This document shows, piece after piece, positions 60,201 through 64,000 of a stretch of 64,000 nucleotides of DNA. The stretch is taken from contig JAYWIR010000012.1 in assembly GCA_036172245.1 (NCBI GenBank), positions 2,356,001 through 2,420,000 on the forward strand, written 5' to 3'. The translations under genes and the position numbers were made by a program. This DNA is from Raillietiella orientalis. Lineage: Eukaryota. How positions within the stretch are numbered: position 1 is the stretch's first letter; each line of letters opens with the position of its first letter. The notes beneath the pieces are model-generated. The model worked only from the letters and a program-made list of their open reading frames with translations, searched no databases and had not been told where the DNA came from.

Positions 60201-63200
60201 TTGGAAACCACGACGACGTCCGTGCAGTCGGCTGGGGGTCCCTCATCTCTCGTGGGTGCTGCCATCGCAACCACTTTGGATGCGGCTCTCCTTACACAAT
60301 CAGAAGAACTCGCCAGTCCTCCCTCCCTCTCGCCTCATCGTGAATGGAGGGCTCCAGAGACGCCCTTGCCCACGTTGACGTCAGACGGGATTCTAAAGTC
60401 TCCCCTTCACGCCCTTCTCGCCCTCTGCTCTCCCTCGTGCTCAGGGTCGGAGACGACCTTGCCAGCACAGGCAGCCGGGAGGAGGTACGGAAGGGAAAAA
60501 GGTGCGGCTGCGGCCCTCAATCCACCTGTCCCCTTTTCTCCCCTCTCGGGACCCCTTCGTCCGCGTGAGCGGTGACAGGTCAGGAGCTTCCCGATTTCTT
60601 CCTCCCAGGCGCAATGGTGGGAGAGGAGTGTGCCCCGAGTCCCTACGTCGGCGGCGACTGGGGTGGTTCCCCGGGGTGCTTCCTCTCGTGCGCGCGAGGC
60701 CAAAGGCATCGTCGTCGCTCCCTTCAGCATCGCCGGAGGAGACCGCGTGCGCGCTCGCGAGCCGCGTCCGGACCCTACCAAAAGTCATCCAGGTACCGCG
60801 ATGGTCCACGGTACTCGTAGGCGCGCTCCATGTCGGCGCCGGCGTAGGACGTGGCGTGGTCGAAGACGCAGACGCACTGGTATGACCCCAAGGAGAACCC
60901 TCCGTCTGGTCGGGCGGCGCACTAAAGAAGAAGAGGCGGTTCAGATGATCCAGAGGCTGAAGACGGAACGGGCGAGAGCTGCGACCGCGTGCGGGCGGCA
61001 ACTCTGACGGGAGGAGACCCTCCGCAGGATCGCCGATGGGGAAGGGGGAGTGAGTAGGCGTGTTCTTCGCAAGAGCCGAGGGGAATGGGGCGGTGACCCT
61101 TAATGCTTCCCGGAGGAGGAAGCCTGGCGAATACGCCCCTGATCCCACGTGGGACGTGATGGGTCAGGCGTTCTTTTCGGAGTTCCCGCATGTCGGGGAC
61201 TGGAGGTTCTTCCCTTCCATTCCCGGATCTCGAAGAGGATTCGAGGCGGTAAAGATGGGATGCGCCGGCCTGTTCAGGGAGCGTCCGTGAAGAAAGGAGG
61301 GGGGGGGAATGGGGGAGGAGGGCAAAAACAGGAATCGTGACGGCAGCCTCCGCTTCCTTCGTTCAGACGTTCCTCCGCGGCGGCCGCGGCTCCCGGAGGA
61401 TTCCTCCTGCTGTCCAGGGACGGGGGATTCATCACTCTTCCCCTTCTGTTTCAGGATCGAATACAGACATCCTTCTCTGGGAAGCGGAGGAAAGGTGAAG
61501 GCCCGAGAGACTTCGCCGTGAACCTTTGAGGCTCACGGACCCTGGGGCGAAACAGCCTTCATTCTTCCCGCGCACCCTGTGGCTCTTAGTCTTTCGCTCC
61601 AGAAAGGAGGCGCCGGCAGGGGGAACCTGGAATTTTCCGTCTCTCCTGGGGATTTCCGTTGCTTCCAAAGAGGAAGGAAGGGGGGGAAGGAGCGTTCCTG
61701 AGGAAGTCCCGAGGGGCGAAGGATGCCACCAAAAGAGGCTGCACAGAGAAGCGAACTGGTGAGACAGTGAAGGGATGGCGGCCGGGATCGTCTCATGGAG
61801 ACGATCTCAGAAGGACTTTAAGGCCGCTAAAGCCGTCCCGTGCCATTCTCTAAGCAGCCCTTGCCCAGGACACGGTAACTTTCTACAGGGGTCGGGCGGC
61901 ACCTTTCTTTTTCCTTCTGCAGGAAGAGAAGAGGAAGTGAAACGGAGAGGGCGGTTGGGGAGTGAGGGAGAGGGAGGAAGAGAGGGAGACAGTAGGGAGA
62001 AGAGCACAGAGAGCCGAGCTATTCCATCCCTATTCCAGGGGTGCAAGTGCACAGGAGGATCTTTCCGTTCCCTGCGCCCTCTGGAGCCCGGGACGGACTC
62101 TCCTGGACGGGTGGACGGAGAACCTTCGTTCCACCGCGCGCGCTGGAGGACGGGGCTGGGGCATGTCGGAGGAGGCGAACTGCGCCTTCGGGAGCGATTA
62201 TCAGGAGGGAGCAAACGGGGATGGGTACAGATGGCACTGGGGAGCGGGACAAGGAGGGCTGAAGATCGGACTGCACTATCCCCCTCCCTTCCGGGACCCT
62301 GAGTGCAATCTCAGCTGGTCCTCGAGCAAGGGCAAGCCCCCTAGACATGTGGAGATGGGAGAGGAGGGGCGGAGTGGTCAGGAGACGCGACCTGTCTCAT
62401 GGGTTCCAAGAGAGACGGTTCCCATGACGGGGAGGTCTGGAGGGCACGGACAACATCCCTCGTGTCTGCAGCCTCCGTGCACCCAGCTCGGAGGTGTGAG
62501 AGCACTCTGAGCCCCCTAAAGTTCTGTTGGAGCTCCTGGCAGAAGGGATGGGTGGGTGGGGGCGACCGGGTGGCGCGGCGCTTTCTTCAGCTTATAGCAC
62601 CCGCCTGAGGGTGGTCTCCAGCGCCCTCCAGAAGAGAGAGGGGAGAGCCGGAAGAAGCGGTGCCTCTCCCTCCCTCTATTTCCTTGCGACGAGAACCGTA
62701 AGGGAAGGAAGCGACTCAGAGGCAGAAAAAACCGCAGCGGGGAAAGGGCCATCTCTCTCAGAGGGGTCAAAGGCGCTCTCCGAGAGGAACGGCAGTCCGA
62801 GGGACGCCACCGCAGGGGTGCCCTTCGCTGAAGACTCCCTGGAGGGACTCAGAACGCCCCTTTGCTCCGGTCCCCTGGATCCTGAATAGGCGGGTCGGGG
62901 TCGGGGTTGCGCTTGCCTCCCACTGCATCTGTGGGGACAGCGGGGCACGCCCTTCCCATCCTCCTTCTGGAGGGAAAAAGTAGCGGCGCCACCTCACCGA
63001 GATCGGACCGCGGAGAAGCTACCGAGAGGGGCAGAAGGGGGTGGTGAACTTTTGAGTCCTCGATCTGGACCAGGGTCACCGGACCAGTCACAACCACGCA
63101 GGCGGCTAGCCGGAGGAGGCTCCCGGAATACCTGCGGCCTCAGGTCACGGCACCGCCTCGCTCTTCCATAAGAGGACGTGCATCGGGGTCCCCAATGTCC

Positions 63201-63880
63201 CTCACTAGACCCTCCCCTCTGCCTGCACCACTACACGTGATTCTGTACAATGCACCTCGTCCTAAGGGATGCCTTCTCCCCTAGCTCGCTCTTCCGGAAA
63301 GCAGGAGCGGGGAAAGGGGGGGTTCTGTCCCAATCCCCTCCCTAGCCCAGCCGAGTTGGTACCCCATACGAAACCCCTCCTCCCCCCCTTTTTTCTCCAG
63401 CGCCATGGGCAGGAGAGAGGATAGCCTCCTGGCGTGCAGAGCCCATCCGCTGGCTCACAGCCTCCGTCACCAGAGCCGCTGGCGCTCTCGCTTCTCGCTG
63501 CCTCGGGCACAGGGCCGGCTGCGGCATGCCTCCAACGTCCACCTGACCCCCACAGCGCGGGATGGAAACGCAAGGGAGAAAGGTAGGGGAGGTTATTTTC
63601 GCGAAGCCGCGATCTGCCTTTCGCCCTCCCTTGGTGGAGGGCAGAGGGGGGTCTCGAGCTTCACAAGTTCTTCTCCCTCTTCCTCCCGGTGGTGGGGGTA
63701 TGAGGTGAGGGCTGGGAGGGAGGCAGACAGCAGCAGGGGGAGTGGGGACCGCCGCGGAGCCTTACCTTCATGGTGGCGGCACTGCACTTGTGGGTACCGC
63801 CGAAGAGGGGAGAGGCGTTGGGGTCCTCGCACTGGTCGATTCTCACGGTTTCCAGGAGCACCGACACGATGACGGCGGTC
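51227..63880 (-). CDS. GPR158/GPR179-like class C GPCR; 5' exons lie beyond the window and the 3' end is uncertain
   Basis: Phase-consistent exons 63880-63766, 60921-60797, 58248-58086, 57671-57603, 57544-57435, 53131-52896, 52061-51817, 51705-51523 and 51394 to 51269/51263 (or to TAG at 51227 if unspliced). Motifs IDQC..FGGTHKC, GFSLGSYQCVC, PWFREVGFCIFYGAIILKIYK, EFRTRKAHR...DKDLLKYL, FGPK, DMDPEDIRAELKRVYTQL...NPHISKRRGGRK..HRRFSLQ. Confidence 0.92.
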
Positions 63881-64000
63881 CTGGAAGAAAGCAGACAAGA
63901 AGGAAGGGAGGGGAGTTTCGTAGTCTTGAAAAACGAGGGCGTGGGGTGCGAAAGGGGAGGACAGCCCATCTCTCCCCCCACAGAGATCGAAGCTCGGGTT

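Overview
Eukaryotic (invertebrate, probably arthropod) nuclear DNA with many very short (about 41-60 nt) GT-AG introns, so most of the supplied ORF track is spurious. Five spliced protein-coding genes were assembled by hand with consistent intron phases: an MKRN2OS-like gene (-, 4861-5581), eyes shut/eys (+, at least 8930-38619), the 60S assembly factor MRT4/MRTO4 (-, 38690-40357), RPL5/uL18 (+, 45630-46825) and the 3' part of a GPR158-like class C GPCR (-, about 51227-63880, running off the window). The eys introns hold about eight copies of an apparently tRNA-headed SINE (about 700 bp) in both orientations, a Mutator-like MITE, solo-LTR candidates and a dead copy of an eys exon. The best leads are a spliced non-coding leader with an intronic pre-miRNA-like hairpin upstream of RPL5, a frame-preserving 12-nt eys microexon, snoRNA candidates in MRT4 introns, an orphan MLK kinase exon between MRT4 and RPL5, and a sharp GC/AT switch inside eys. 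Family assignments come from remembered motifs; no database searches were run.
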